64,000 bases of DNA, taken from positions 133,052,001-133,116,000 of the forward strand of contig OZ024744.1 of the NCBI GenBank assembly GCA_964016885.1. Direction: 5' to 3'. Below are positions 12,101 through 26,968 of this stretch, piece after piece. The first letter of the stretch is position 1. Each line of letters starts with the position of its first letter. A program made the translations under genes and the position numbers. This stretch comes from Eledone cirrhosa (taxonomy: Eukaryota). The notes under the pieces are model-generated. The model had not been told where the DNA came from. It ran no database searches and saw only the letters and a list, made by a program, of their open reading frames with translations.

Positions 12101-14127
12101 TAATTTAACCCCAACTTAACTTAACCCCAACTTAACTTAACCACAAATTAACTTAACCCCAACTTAACTTAACCCCAACTTAACTTAACCCCAACTTAAC
12201 TTAACCCCAACTTAACTTAACCCCAACTTAACTTAAACCTAACTTAACTTAACCCCAACTTAACCCCAACTTAACTTGACCCCAACTTAACTTAACCCCA
12301 ACTTAACTCAACCCCAACTTAACTTAACCCCAACTTAACTCAGCCCCAACTTAACTCAGCCCCAACTTAACTTAGCCCCAACTTAACTTAACCCCAACTT
12401 AACCTATCCCCAACTTAACTGAACCCCAACTTAACTTAACCCCAACTTAATATAACCCCAACTTAACTTAACCCCAACTTAACTCAACCCCAACTTAAAT
12501 TAACCCCAACTTAACCCCAACTTAACTTAACCCCAACTTAATTAACCCCAACTTAAATTAACCCCAACTTAACTTAACACCAACTTAACGTAACCCCAAC
12601 TTAATTTAACCCCAACTTAAATTAACCCCAACTTAACTTGCCCCCAACTTAACTTACCCCCAACTTAACTTAACCCCAACTTAATTTAACCCCAACTTAA
12701 TTTAAGCCCAAATTAACTTAAACCCAACTTAAATTAACCCCAACTTAACTTAACCCCAAATTAACTCAACCCCAACTTAACTCAACCCCAACTTTACTTA
12801 ACCCCAAATTAACTTAACCACAAATTAACTTAGCCCCAACTTAAATTAACCCCAACTTAACTCAACCACAACTTAACTTAACCCCGACTTAACTTAACCC
12901 CACCTTAACTTAACCTCAACTTAACTTAACTGCAACTTAACTTAACCCCAACTTAACTTAACCCCAACTTAACTCAACACCAACTTAACTCAACCCCAAC
13001 TTAACTCAACCCCAATTTAACTCAACCCCAACTTAACTCAACCCCAACTTAACTTAACCCCAACTTAACTGAACCCTAACTTAACTTAACCCCGACTTAA
13101 CTTAACCCCGACTTAACTTAACCCCAACTTAACTTAACCCCAACTTAACTTAACCCCAACTTAACTTAACCCCAACTTAATTTAACCCCATCTTAACCCC
13201 AACTTAACTTAACCCCAACTTAACTGAACCCCAACTTAACTTAACCCCAACTTATATAAACCCCAACTTAACTTAACCCCAACTTAACTTAACCCCAACT
13301 TAACTTAACCCCAACTTAACTCAGCCCCAACTTAACTTAGCCCCAACTTAACTTAACCCCAACTTAACTTAACCCCAACTTAACTTAACCCCAACTTAAT
13401 TTAACCCCAACTTAACTTAACCCCAACTTAACTTAAACCCAACTTAACTTAACCCCAACTTAAATTATCCCCAACTTAACTTATCCCCAACTTAACTTAA
13501 CCCCAACTTAACTTAACCCCAACTTAATTTAACCCCAACTTAACTTAACCTCAACTTAACTTAACCCCAACTTAACTTAACCCCATCTTAACTTAACCCC
13601 AACTTAACTTAACCCCAACTTAACTTAACCCCAACTTAAATTAACCCCAACTTAACTTAACCCCAACTTAACTTAACCCCGACTTAACTTAACCCCAACT
13701 TAACTTAACCCCAACTTAACTTAACCCCAACTTAACTTAACCACAAATTAACTTAACCCCAACTTAACTTAACCCCAACTTAACTTAACCCCAACGTAAC
13801 CCCAACTTAACTTGACCCCAACTTAACTTAACCCCAACTTAACTCAACCCCAACTTAACTTAACCCCAACTTAACTCAGCCCCAACTTAACTCAGCCCCA
13901 ACTTAACTTAGCCCCAACTTAACTCAACACCAACTTAACTTAACCCCACCTTAACTTAACCCCAACTTAACTTAACCCCAACTTAACTTATCCCCAACTT
14001 AACTGAACCCCAACTTAACTTAACCCCAACTTAATATAACCCCAAATTAACTTAACCCCAACTTAACTCAACCCCAACTTAAATTAACCCCAACTTAACT
14101 TAACCCCAACTTAACTTAACCCCAACT

Positions 14128-15213
14128 TAATTAACCCCAACTTAAATTAACCCCAACTTAACTTAACACCAACTTAACGTAACCCCAACTTAATTTAACC
14201 CCAACTTAAATTAACCCCAACTTAACTTGCCCCCAAATTAATTTACCCCCAACTTAACTTAACCCCAACTTAATTTAACCCCAACTTAATTTAACCCCAA
14301 CTTAACTTAAACCCAACTTAACTTAACCCCAACTTAACTTAACCCCAAATTAACTCAACCCCAACTTAACTCAACCCCAACTTAACTTAACCCCAACTTA
14401 ACTTAACCCCAACTTAACTTAACCACAAATTAACTTAGCCCCAACTTAAATTAACCCCAACTTAAATCAACCACAACTTAACTTAACCCCGACTAAACTT
14501 AACCCCAACTTAACTTAACCCCAACTTCACTCAACCCCAACTTAACTCAACCCCAACTTAACCCCAACTTAACTTAACCCCAACTTAACTTAACCACAAA
14601 GTTAACTTAACCCCAATTTAAATTAACCCCAACTTAACTTAACCCCAACTTAACATAACCACCACTTAATTAACCCCAACTTAAATTAACCCCAACTTAA
14701 CTTAACACCAACTTAACGTAACCCCAACTTAATTTAACCCCAACTTAAATTAACCCCAACTTAACTTGCCCCCAAATTAACTTACCCCCAACTTAACTTA
14801 ACCCCAACTTAATTTAACCCCAACTTAATTTAACCCCAACTTAACTTAAACCCAACTTAACTTAACCCCAACTTAACTTAACCCCAAATTAACTCAACCC
14901 CAACTTAACTCAACCCCAACTTAACTTAACCCCAACTTAACTTAACCCCAACTTAACTTAACCACAAATTAACTTAGCCCCAACTTAAATTAACCCCAAC
15001 TTAAATCAACCACAACTTAACTTAACCCCGACTAAACTTAACCCCAACTTAACTTAACCCCAACTTCACTCAACCCCAACTTAACTCAACCCCAACTTAA
15101 CCCCAACTTAACTTAACCCCAACTTAACTTAACCACAAAGTTAACTTAACCCCAATTTAAATTAACCCCAACTTAACTTAACCCCAACTTAACATAACCA
15201 CCACTTAATTAAC
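14128..15213 (+). repeat. Tandem duplication, 539-bp unit x2 (second occurrence)
   Basis: The G of cacaaagtt lies at 14601 and 15140. Confidence 0.83.
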
Positions 15214-15393
15214 CCCAACTTAACTCAACCCCAACTTAACTTAACCCTAACTTAACTTAACCCCAACTTAACCGCAACTTAACTTAACCCCACCTTAACT
15301 TACCCCCAACTTAACTTACCCCCAACTTAACTGAACCCCAACTTAAGTTAAGCCTAACTTAACTTAACGCCAACTTAACTTAACCCCGACTTA

Positions 15394-15534
15394 GGGCTTA
15401 AGTTAAGTTGGGGCTAAGTTAAGTTGGGGTTAAGTCAAGTTGGAAGTTGGGGTTGAGTGAAGTTGGGGTTAAGTTAAGTTGGGGTTGAGTTACGTTGGGG
15501 TTGAGTGAAGTTGGGGTTAAGTTAAGTTGGGGTT
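15394..15534 (-). repeat. Inverted satellite island, copy 3 (141 bp; lacks one 32-bp dimer)
   Basis: Same junctions; only two gagtgaag monomers instead of three. Confidence 0.96.
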
Positions 15535-18500
15535 AACCCCAACTTAACTTAACCCCAACTTAACTTAACCCCAACTTAACTTAACCCCAACTTAACTTAA
15601 CCCCAACATAACTTAACCCCAACTTAAATTAACCCCAACTTAACTTAAACTCAACTTAACTAACCAACTTAACTTAACCCCAACTTAACTTAACCCCAAC
15701 TTAACTTAACCCCAACTTAACTTAAACCCAACTTAACTTAACCCCAACTTAACTTAACCCCAACTTAACTTAACCCCGACTTAACTTAACCCCAACTTAA
15801 ATTAACCCCAACTTAACTTAACCCCAACTTAACTTAACCCCGACTTAACTTAACCCCAACTTAACTTAACCCCAACTTAACTTAGCCCCAACTTAACTTA
15901 GCCCCAACTTAACTTAGCCCCAACTTAACTTAACCCCAACTTAACTTAACCGCACCTTAACTTAACCCCAACTTAACTTAACCCAAACTTAACACAACAC
16001 CAACTTAACTCAACCCCAACTTAACTCAACCCCAATTTAACTCAACCCCAACTTAACTCAACCCCAACTTAACTTAACCCCAACTTAACTGAACCCTAAC
16101 TTAACTTAACCCCGACTTAAATTAAGCCCAACTTAACTTAACCCCAACTTAACTCAGCCCCAACTTAACTTAGCCCCAACTTAACTTAACCCCAACTTAA
16201 CTTAACCCCAACTTAACTTAACCCCAACTTAACTTAACCCCAACTTAACTTAACCCCAACTTAACTTAAACCCAACTTAACTTAACCCCAACTTAAATTA
16301 TCCCCAACTTAACTTATCCCCAACTTAACTTAACCCCAACTTGACTTAACCCCAACTTAACTTAACCCCAACTTAATTTAACCCCAACTTAACTTAACCC
16401 CAACTTAATTCAACCCCAACTTAAATTAACCCCAACTTAACTTAACCCCAACTTAACTTAACCCCGACTTAACTTAACCCCAACTCAACTTAACCCCAAC
16501 TTAACTTAACCCTAACTTAACTTAACCACAAATTAACTTAACCCCAACTTAACTTAACCCCAACTTAACTTAAGCCCAACTTAACTTAACCCCAACTTAA
16601 CCCCAACTTAACTTAAACCTAACTTAACTTAACCCCAACTTAACCCCAACTTAACTTGACCCCAACTTAACTTAACCCCAACTTAAATTAACCCCAACTT
16701 AACTTAACCCCAACTTAACTTAACCCCGACTTAACTTAACCCCAACTTAACTTAACCCCAACTTACCTTAACCCCAACTTAACTTAACCAGAAATTAACT
16801 TAACCACAACTTAACTTAACCCCGACTTAACTTAACCCCAACTTAACTTAACCCCAACTTAACTTAGCCCCAACTTAACTTAGCCCCAACTTAACTTAGC
16901 CCCAACTTAACTTAACCCCAACTTAACTTAACCGCACCTTAACTTAACCTCAACTTAACTTAACTGCAACTTAACTTAACCCCAACTTAACTTAACCCCA
17001 ACTTAACTCAAAACCAACTTAACTCAACCCCAACTTAACTCAACCCCAATTTAACTCAACCCCAACTTAACTCAACCCCAACTTAACTTAACCCCAACTT
17101 AACTGAACCCTAACTTAACTTAACCCCGACTTAACTTAACCCCGACTTAACTTAACCCCAACTTAACTTAACCCCAACTTAACTTAACCCCAACTTAACT
17201 TAACCCCAACTTAATTTAACCCCATCTTAACCCCAACTTATCTTAACCCCAACTTAACTGAACCCCAACTTAATTTAACCCCAACTTAAATAAACCCCAA
17301 CTTAACTTAACCCCAACTTAACTTAACCCCAGCTTAACTTAACCCCAACTTAACTCAGCCCCAACTTAACTTAGCCCCAACTTAACTTAACCCCAACTTA
17401 ACTTAACCCCAACTTAACTTAACCCCAACTTAACTTAACCCCAACTTAACTTAACCCCAACTTAACTTAAACCCAACTTAACTTAACCCCAACTTAAATT
17501 ATCCCCAACTTAACTTATCCTCAACTTAACTTAACCCCAACTTAACTTAACCCCAACTTAACTTAACCCCAACTTAATTTAACCCCAACTTAACTTAACC
17601 TCAACTTAACTTAACCCCAACTTAACTTAACCCCATCTTAACTTAACCCCAACTTAACTTAACCCCAACTTAACTTAACCCCAACTTAAATTAACCCCAA
17701 CTTAACTTAACTCCAACTTAACTTAACCCCGACTTAACTTAACCCCAACTTAACTTAACCCCAACTTAACTTAACCCCAATTTAACTTAACCACAAATTA
17801 ACTTAACCCCAACTTAACTTAACCCCAACTTAACTTAACCCCAACTTAACTTAACCCCAACTTAACTTAACCCCGACTTAACTTAACCCTAACTTAACTT
17901 AACCCCAACTTAACCCCGACTTAACTTGACCCCAACTTAACTTAACCCCAACTTAACTCAACCCCAACTTAACTTAACCCCAACTTAACTCAGCCCCAAC
18001 TTAACTCAGCCCCAACTTAACTTAGCCACAACTTAACTTAACACCAACTTAACTTAACCCCAACTTAACTTAACCCCAACTTAACTCAATCCCAACTTAA
18101 ATTAACCCCATCTTAACTTAACCCCAACTTAACTTAACCCCAACTTAATTAACCCCAACTTAAATTAACCCCAACTTAACTTAACACCAACTTAACGTAA
18201 CCCCAACTTAAATAAACCCCAACTTAAATTAACCCCAACTTAACTTAACCCCAACTTAACTTAACCCCAACTTAACTCAGCCCCAACTTAACTTAGCCTC
18301 AACTTAACTTAACCCCAACTTAACTTAACCCCAACTTAACTTATCCCCAACTTAACTTAACCCCAACTTAACTTAAACCCAACTTAACTTAACCCCAACT
18401 TAAATTATCCCCAACTTAACTTATCCCCAACTTAACTTAACCCCAACTTAACTTAACCCCAACTTAACTTAACCCCAACTTAATTTAACCCCAACTTAAC

Positions 18501-21500
18501 TTAACCCCAACTTAACTTAACCCCAACTTAACTTAACCACAAATTAACTTAACCCCAACTTAACTTAACCCCAACTTAACTTAACCCCAACTTAACTTAA
18601 CCCCAACTTAACTTAACCCCAACTTAACTTAAACCTAACTTAACTTAACCCCAACTTAACCCCAACTTAACTTGACCCCAACTTAACTTAACCCCAACTT
18701 AACTCAACCCCAACTTAACTTAACCCCAACTTAACTCAGCCCCAACTTAACTCAGCCCCAACTTAACTTAGCCCCAACTTAACTTAACCCCAACTTAACT
18801 TATCCCCAACTTAACTGAACCCCAACTTAACTTAACCCCAACTTAATATAACCCCAACTTAACTTAACCCCAACTTAACTCAACCGCAACTTAAATTAAC
18901 CCCATCTTAACTTAACCCCAACTTAACTTAACCCCAACTTAATTAACCCCAACTTAAATTAACCCCAACTTAACTTAACACCAACTTAACGTAACCCCAA
19001 CTTAAATAAACCCCAACTTAAATTAATCCCAACTTAACTTAACCCCAACTTAACTTAACCCCAACTTAACTTATCCCCAACTTAACTGAACCCCAACTTA
19101 ACTTAACCCCAACTTAATATAACCCCAACTTAACTTAACCCCAACTTAACTCAACCCCAACTTAAATTAACCCCATCTTAACTTAACCCCAACTTAACTT
19201 AACCCCAACTTAATTAACCCCAACTTAAATTAACCCCAACTTAACTTAACACCAACTTAACGTAACCCCAACTTAAATAAACCCCAACTTAAATTAACCC
19301 CAACTTAACTTAACCCCAACTTAACTTAACCCCGACTTAACTTAACCCCAACTTAACTTAAGCCCAACTTAACTTAACCCCAACTTAACTTAACCACAAA
19401 TTAACTTAACCCCAACTTAACTTAACCCCAACTTAACTTAACCCCAACTTAACTTAACCCCAACTTAACTTAAACCTAACTTAACTTAACCCCAACTTAA
19501 CCCCAACTTAACTTGACCCCAACTTAACTTAACCCCAACTTAAATTAACCCCAACTTAACTTAAACCCAACTTAACTTAACCCCGACTTAACTTAACCCC
19601 AACTTAACTTAACCCCAACTTAACTTAACCCCAACTTAATTTAACCCCAACTTAACTTAACCCCAACTTAACTTAACCCCAACTTAACTTAAACCTAACT
19701 TAACTTAACCCCAACTTAACCCCAACTTAACTTGACCCCAACTTAACTTAAACCCAACTTAACTCAGCCCCAACTTAACTCAGCCCCAACTTAAATTAGC
19801 CCCAACTTAACTTAACACCAACTTAACTTAACCCCAACTTAACTTAACCCCAACTTAACTTAACCCCAACTTAACTTATCCCCAACTTAACTGAACCCCA
19901 ACTTAACTTAACCCCAACTTAATATAACCCCAACTTAACTTAACCCCAACTTAACTCAACCCCAACTTAAATTAACCCCAACTTAAATTAACCCCAACTT
20001 AACTTAACCCCAACTTAATTAACCCCAACTTAAATTAACCCCAACTTAACTTAACACCAATTTAACGTAACCCCAACTTAAATAAACCCCAACTTAAATT
20101 AACCCCAACTTAACTTAACCCCAACTTAACTTAACCTCAACTTAACTCAGCCCCAACTTAACTTAGCCCCAACTTAACTTAACCCCAACTTAACTTAACC
20201 CCAACTTAACTTAACCCCAACTTAACTTATCCCCAACTTAACTTATCCCCAACTTAACTTAAACCCAACTTAACTTAACCCCAACTTAAATTATCCCCAA
20301 CTTAACTTATCCCCAACTTAACTTAACCCCAACTTAACTTAACCCCAACTTAACTTAACCCCAACTTAATTTAACCCCAACTTAACTTAACCTCAACTTA
20401 ACTTAACCCCAACTTAACTTAACCCCAACTTAACTTAACCCCAACTTAACTTAACCCCAACTTAACTTAACCCCAACTTAAATTAACCCCAACTTAACTT
20501 AACCCCAACTTAACTTAACCCCGACTTAACTTACCCCAACTTAACTTAACCCCAACTTAACTTAACCCCAACTTAACTTAACCACAAATTAACTTAACCC
20601 CAACTTAACTTAACCCCAACTTAACTTAACCCCAACTTAACTTAACCCCAACTTAACTTAACCCCAACTTAACTTAAACCTAACTTAACTTAACCCCAAC
20701 TTAACCCCAACTTAACTTGACCCCAACTTAACTTAACCCCAACTTAACTCAACCACAACTTAACTTAACCCCAACTTAACTCAGCCCCAACTTAACTCAG
20801 CCCCAACTTAACTTAGCCCCAACTTAACTTAACACCAACTTAACTTAACCCCAACTTAACTTAACCCCAACTTAACTTAACCCCAACTTAACTTATCCCC
20901 AACTTAACTGAACTCCAACTTAACTCAACCCCAACTTAAATTAACCCCAACTTAACTTAACCCCAACTTAACTCAACCCCAACTTAATTAACCCCAACTT
21001 AAATTAACCCCAACTTAACTTAACACCAACTTAACGTAACCCCAACTTAATTTAACCCCAACTTAAATTAACCCCAACTTAACTTGCCCCCAACTTAACT
21101 TACCCCCAACTTAACTTAACCCCACCTTAATTTAACCCCAACTTAATTTAACCCCAACTTAACTTAAACCCAACTTAACTTAACCCCAACTTAACTTAAC
21201 CCCAAATTAACTCAACCCCAACTTAACTCAACCCCAACTTAACTTAACCCCAACTTAACTTAACCCCAACTTAACTTAACCACAAATTAACTTAGCCCCA
21301 ACTTAAATTAACCCCAACTTAACTCAACCACAACTTAACTTAACCCCGACTTAACTTAACCCCACCTTAACTTAACCTCAACTTAACTGAACTGCAACTT
21401 AACTTAACCCCAACTTAACTTAACCCCAACTTAACTCAACACCAACTTAACTCAACCGCAACTTAACTCAACGCCAATTTAACTCAACCCCAACTTAACT

Positions 21501-24500
21501 CAACCCCAACTTAACTTAACCCCAACTTAACTGAACCCTAACTTAACTTAACCCGGACTTAAATTAACCCCGACTTAACTTAACCCCAACTTAACTTAAC
21601 CCCAACTTAACTTAACCCCAACTTAACTTAACCCCAACTTAACTTAACCCCAACTTAAATTAAACCCAACTTAACTTAAACTCAACTTAACTAACCAACT
21701 TAACTTAACCCCAACTTAACTTGACCCCAACTTAACTTAACCCCAACTTAACTTAAACCCAACTTAACTTAACCCCAACTTAACTTAGCCCCAACTTAAC
21801 TTAACCCCAACTTAACTTAACCCCAAATTAAATTAACCTCAACTTAACTTAACCCCAACTTAACTTAACCCCGACTTAACTTAACCCCAACTTAACTTAG
21901 CCCCAACTTAACTTAGCCCCAACTTAACTTAGCCCCAACTTAACTTAACCCCAACTTAACTTAACCGCACCTTAACTTAACCTCAACTTAACTTAACTGC
22001 AACTTAACTTAACCCCAACTTAACTTAACCCCAACTTAACTCAAAACCAACTTAACTCAACCCCAACTTAACTCAACCCCAATTTAACTCAACCCCAACT
22101 TAACTCAACCCCAACTTAACTTAACCCCAACTTAACTGAACCCTAACTTAACTTAACCCCGACTTAACTTAACCCCGACTTAACTTAACCCCAACTTAAC
22201 TTAACCCCAACTTAACTTAACCCCAACTTAACTTAACCCCAACTTAATTTAACCCCATCTTAACCCCAACTTATCTTAACCCCAACTTAACTGAACCCCA
22301 ACTTAATTTAACCCCAACTTAAATAAACCCCAACTTAACTTAACCCCAACTTAACTTAACCCCAGCTTAACTTAACCCCAACTTAACTCAGCCCCAACTT
22401 AACTTAGCCCCAACTTAACTTAACCCCAACTTAACTTAACCCCAACTTAACTTAACCCCAACTTAACTTAACCCCAACTTAACTTAAACCCAACTTAATT
22501 TAACCCCAACTTAAATTATCCCCAACTTAACTTATCCTCAACTTAACTTAACCCCAACTTAACTTAACCCCAACTTAACTTAACCCCAACTTAATTTAAC
22601 CCCAACTTAACTTAACCTCAACTTAACTTAACCCCAACTTAACTTAACCCCATCTTAACTTAACCCCAACTTAACTTAACCCCAACTTAACTTAACCCCA
22701 ACTTAAATTAACCCCAACTTAACTTAACCCCAACTTAACTTAACCCCGACTTAACTTAACCCCAACTTAACTTAACCCCAACTTAACTTAACCCCAACTT
22801 AACTTAACCACAAATTAACTTAACCCCAACTTAACTTAACCCCAACTTAACTTAACCCCAACTTAACTTAACCCCAACTTAACTTAACCCCAACTTAACT
22901 TAACCCTAACTTAACTTAACCCCAACTTAACCCCGACTTAACTTGACCCCAACTTAACTTAACCCCAACTTAACTCAACCCCAACTTAACTTAACCCCAA
23001 CTTAACTCAGCCCCAACTTAACTCAGCCCCAACTTAACTTAGCCACAACTTAACTTAACACCAACTTAACTTAACCCCAACTTAACTTAACCCCAACTTA
23101 ACTCAATCCCAACTTAAATTAACCCCATCTTAACTTAACCCCAACTTAACTTAACCCCAACTTAATTAACCCCAACTTAAATTAACCCCAACTTAACTTA
23201 ACACCAACTTAACGTAACCCCAACTTAAATAAACCCCAACTTAAATTAACCCCAACTTAACTTAACCCCAACTTAACTTAACCCCAACTTAACTCAGCCC
23301 CAACTTAACTTAGCCTCAACTTAACTTAACCCCAACTTAACTTAACCCCAACTTAACTTATCCCCAACTTAACTTAACCCCAACTTAACTTAAACCCAAC
23401 TTAACTTAACCCCAACTTAAATTATCCCCAACTTAACTTATCCCCAACTTAACTTAACCCCAACTTAACTTAACCCCAACTTAACTTAACCCCAACTTAA
23501 TTTAACCCCAACTTAACTTAACCCCAACTTAACTTAACCACAAATTAACTTAACCCCAACTTAACTTAACCCCAACTTAACTTAACCCCAACTTAACTTA
23601 ACCCCAACTTAACTTAACCCCAACTTAACTTAAACCTAACTTAACTTAACCCCAACTTAACCCCAACTTAACTTGACCCCAACTTAACTTAACCCCAACT
23701 TAACTCAACCCCAACTTAACTTAACCCCAACTTAACTCAGCCCCAACTTAACTCAGCCCCAACTTAACTTAGCCCCAACTTAACTTAACCCCAACTTAAC
23801 CTATCCCCAACTTAACTGAACCCCAACTTAACTTAACCCCAACTTAATATAACCCCAACTTAACTTAACCCCAACTTAACTCAACCCCAACTTAAATTAA
23901 CCCCAACTTAACTTAACCCCAACTTAACTTAACCCCAACTTAATTAACCCCAACTTAAATTAACCCCAACTTAACTTAACACCAACTTAACGTAACCCCA
24001 ACTTAATTTAACCCCAACTTAAATTAACCCCAACTTAACTTGCCCCCAACTTAACTTACCCCCAACTTAACTTAACCCCAACTTAATTTAACCCCAACTT
24101 AATTTAAGCCCAAATTAACTTAAACCCAAATTAAATTAACCCCAACTTAACTTAACCCCAAATTAACTCAACCCCAACTTAACTCAACCCCAACTTAACT
24201 TAACCCCAAATTAACTTAACCACAAATTAACTTAGCCCCAACTTAAATTAACCCCAACTTAACTCAACCACAACTTAACTTAACCCCGACTTAACTTAAC
24301 CCCACCTTAACTTAACCTCAACTTAACTTAACTGCAACTTAACTTAACCCCAACTTAACTTAACCCCAACTTAACTCAACACCAACTTAACTCAACCCCA
24401 ACTTAACTCAACCCCAATTTAACTCAACCCCAACTTAACTCAACCCCAACTTAACTTAACCCCAACTTAACTGAACCCTAACTTAACTTAACCCCGACTT

Positions 24501-25529
24501 AACTTAACCCCGACTTAACTTAACCCCAACTTAACTTAACCCCAACTTAACTTAACCCCAACTTAACTTAACCCCAACTTAATTTAACCCCATCTTAACC
24601 CCAACTTAACTTAACCCCAACTTAACTGAACCCCAACTTAACTTAACCCCAACTTATATAAACCCCAACTTAACTTAACCCCAACTTAACTTAACCCCAA
24701 CTTAACTTAACCCCAACTTAACTCAGCCCCAACTTAACTTAGCCCCAACTTAACTTAACCCCAACTTAACTTAACCCCAACTTAACTTAACCCCAACTTA
24801 ATTTAACCCCAACTTAACTTAACCCCAACTTAACTTAAACCCAACTTAACTTAACCCCAACTTAAATTATCCCCAACTTAACTTATCCCCAACTTAACTT
24901 AACCCCAACTTAACTTAACCCCAACTTAATTTAACCCCAACTTAACTTAACCTCAACTTAACTTAACCCCAACTTAACTTAACCCCATCTTAACTTAACC
25001 CCAACTTAACTTAACCCCAACTTAACTTAACCCCAACTTAAATTAACCCCAACTTAACTTAACCCCAACTTAACTTAACCCCGACTTAACTTAACCCCAA
25101 CTTAACTTAACCCCAACTTAACTTAACCCCAACTTAACTTAACCACAAATTAACTTAACCCCAACTTAACTTAACCCCAACTTAACTTAACCCCAACGTA
25201 ACCCCAACTTAACTTGACCCCAACTTAACTTAACCCCAACTTAACTCAACCCCAACTTAACTTAACCCCAACTTAACTCAGCCCCAACTTAACTCAGCCC
25301 CAACTTAACTTAGCCCCAACTTAACTCAACACCAACTTAACTTAACCCCACCTTAACTTAACCCCAACTTAACTTAACCCCAACTTAACTTATCCCCAAC
25401 TTAACTGAACCCCAACTTAACTTAACCCCAACTTAATATAACCCCAAATTAACTTAACCCCAACTTAACTCAACCCCAACTTAAATTAACCCCAACTTAA
25501 CTTAACCCCAACTTAACTTAACCCCAACT

Positions 25530-26615
25530 TAATTAACCCCAACTTAAATTAACCCCAACTTAACTTAACACCAACTTAACGTAACCCCAACTTAATTTAA
25601 CCCCAACTTAAATTAACCCCAACTTAACTTGCCCCCAAATTAACTTACCCCCAACTTAACTTAACCCCAACTTAATTTAACCCCAACTTAATTTAACCCC
25701 AACTTAACTTAAACCCAACTTAACTTAACCCCAACTTAACTTAACCCCAAATTAACTCAACCCCAACTTAACTCAACCCCAACTTAACTTAACCCCAACT
25801 TAACTTAACCCCAACTTAACTTAACCACAAATTAACTTAGCCCCAACTTAAATTAACCCCAACTTAAATCAACCACAACTTAACTTAACCCCGACTAAAC
25901 TTAACCCCAACTTAACTTAACCCCAACTTCACTCAACCCCAACTTAACTCAACCCCAACTTAACCCCAACTTAACTTAACCCCAACTTAACTTAACCACA
26001 AAGTTAACTTAACCCCAATTTAAATTAACCCCAACTTAACTTAACCCCAACTTAACATAACCACCACTTAATTAACCCCAACTTAAATTAACCCCAACTT
26101 AACTTAACACCAACTTAACGTAACCCCAACTTAATTTAACCCCAACTTAAATTAACCCCAACTTAACTTGCCCCCAAATTAACTTACCCCCAACTTAACT
26201 TAACCCCAACTTAATTTAACCCCAACTTAATTTAACCCCAACTTAACTTAAACCCAACTTAACTTAACCCCAACTTAACTTAACCCCAAATTAACTCAAC
26301 CCCAACTTAACTCAACCCCAACTTAACTTAACCCCAACTTAACTTAACCCCAACTTAACTTAACCACAAATTAACTTAGCCCCAACTTAAATTAACCCCA
26401 ACTTAAATCAACCACAACTTAACTTAACCCCGACTAAACTTAACCCCAACTTAACTTAACCCCAACTTCACTCAACCCCAACTTAACTCAACCCCAACTT
26501 AACCCCAACTTAACTTAACCCCAACTTAACTTAACCACAAAGTTAACTTAACCCCAATTTAAATTAACCCCAACTTAACTTAACCCCAACTTAACATAAC
26601 CACCACTTAATTAAC
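25530..26615 (+). repeat. Tandem duplication, 539-bp unit x2 (third occurrence)
   Basis: The G of cacaaagtt lies at 26003 and 26542. Confidence 0.83.
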
Positions 26616-26795
26616 CCCAACTTAACTCAACCCCAACTTAACTTAACCCTAACTTAACTTAACCCCAACTTAACCGCAACTTAACTTAACCCCACCTTAA
26701 CTTACCCCCAACTTAACTTACCCCCAACTTAACTGAACCCCAACTTAAGTTAAGCCTAACTTAACTTAACGCCAACTTAACTTAACCCCGACTTA

Positions 26796-26968
26796 GGGCT
26801 TAAGTTAAGTTGGGGCTAAGTTAAGTTGGGGTTAAGTCAAGTTGGAAGTTGGGGTTGAGTGAAGTTGGGGTTAAGTTAAGTTGGGGTTGAGTGAAGTTGG
26901 GGTTAAGTTAAGTTGGGGTTGAGTTACGTTGGGGTTGAGTGAAGTTGGGGTTAAGTTAAGTTGGGGTT
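26796..26968 (-). repeat. Inverted satellite island, copy 4 (173 bp)
   Basis: Same junctions and variants as copy 1. Confidence 0.97.
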
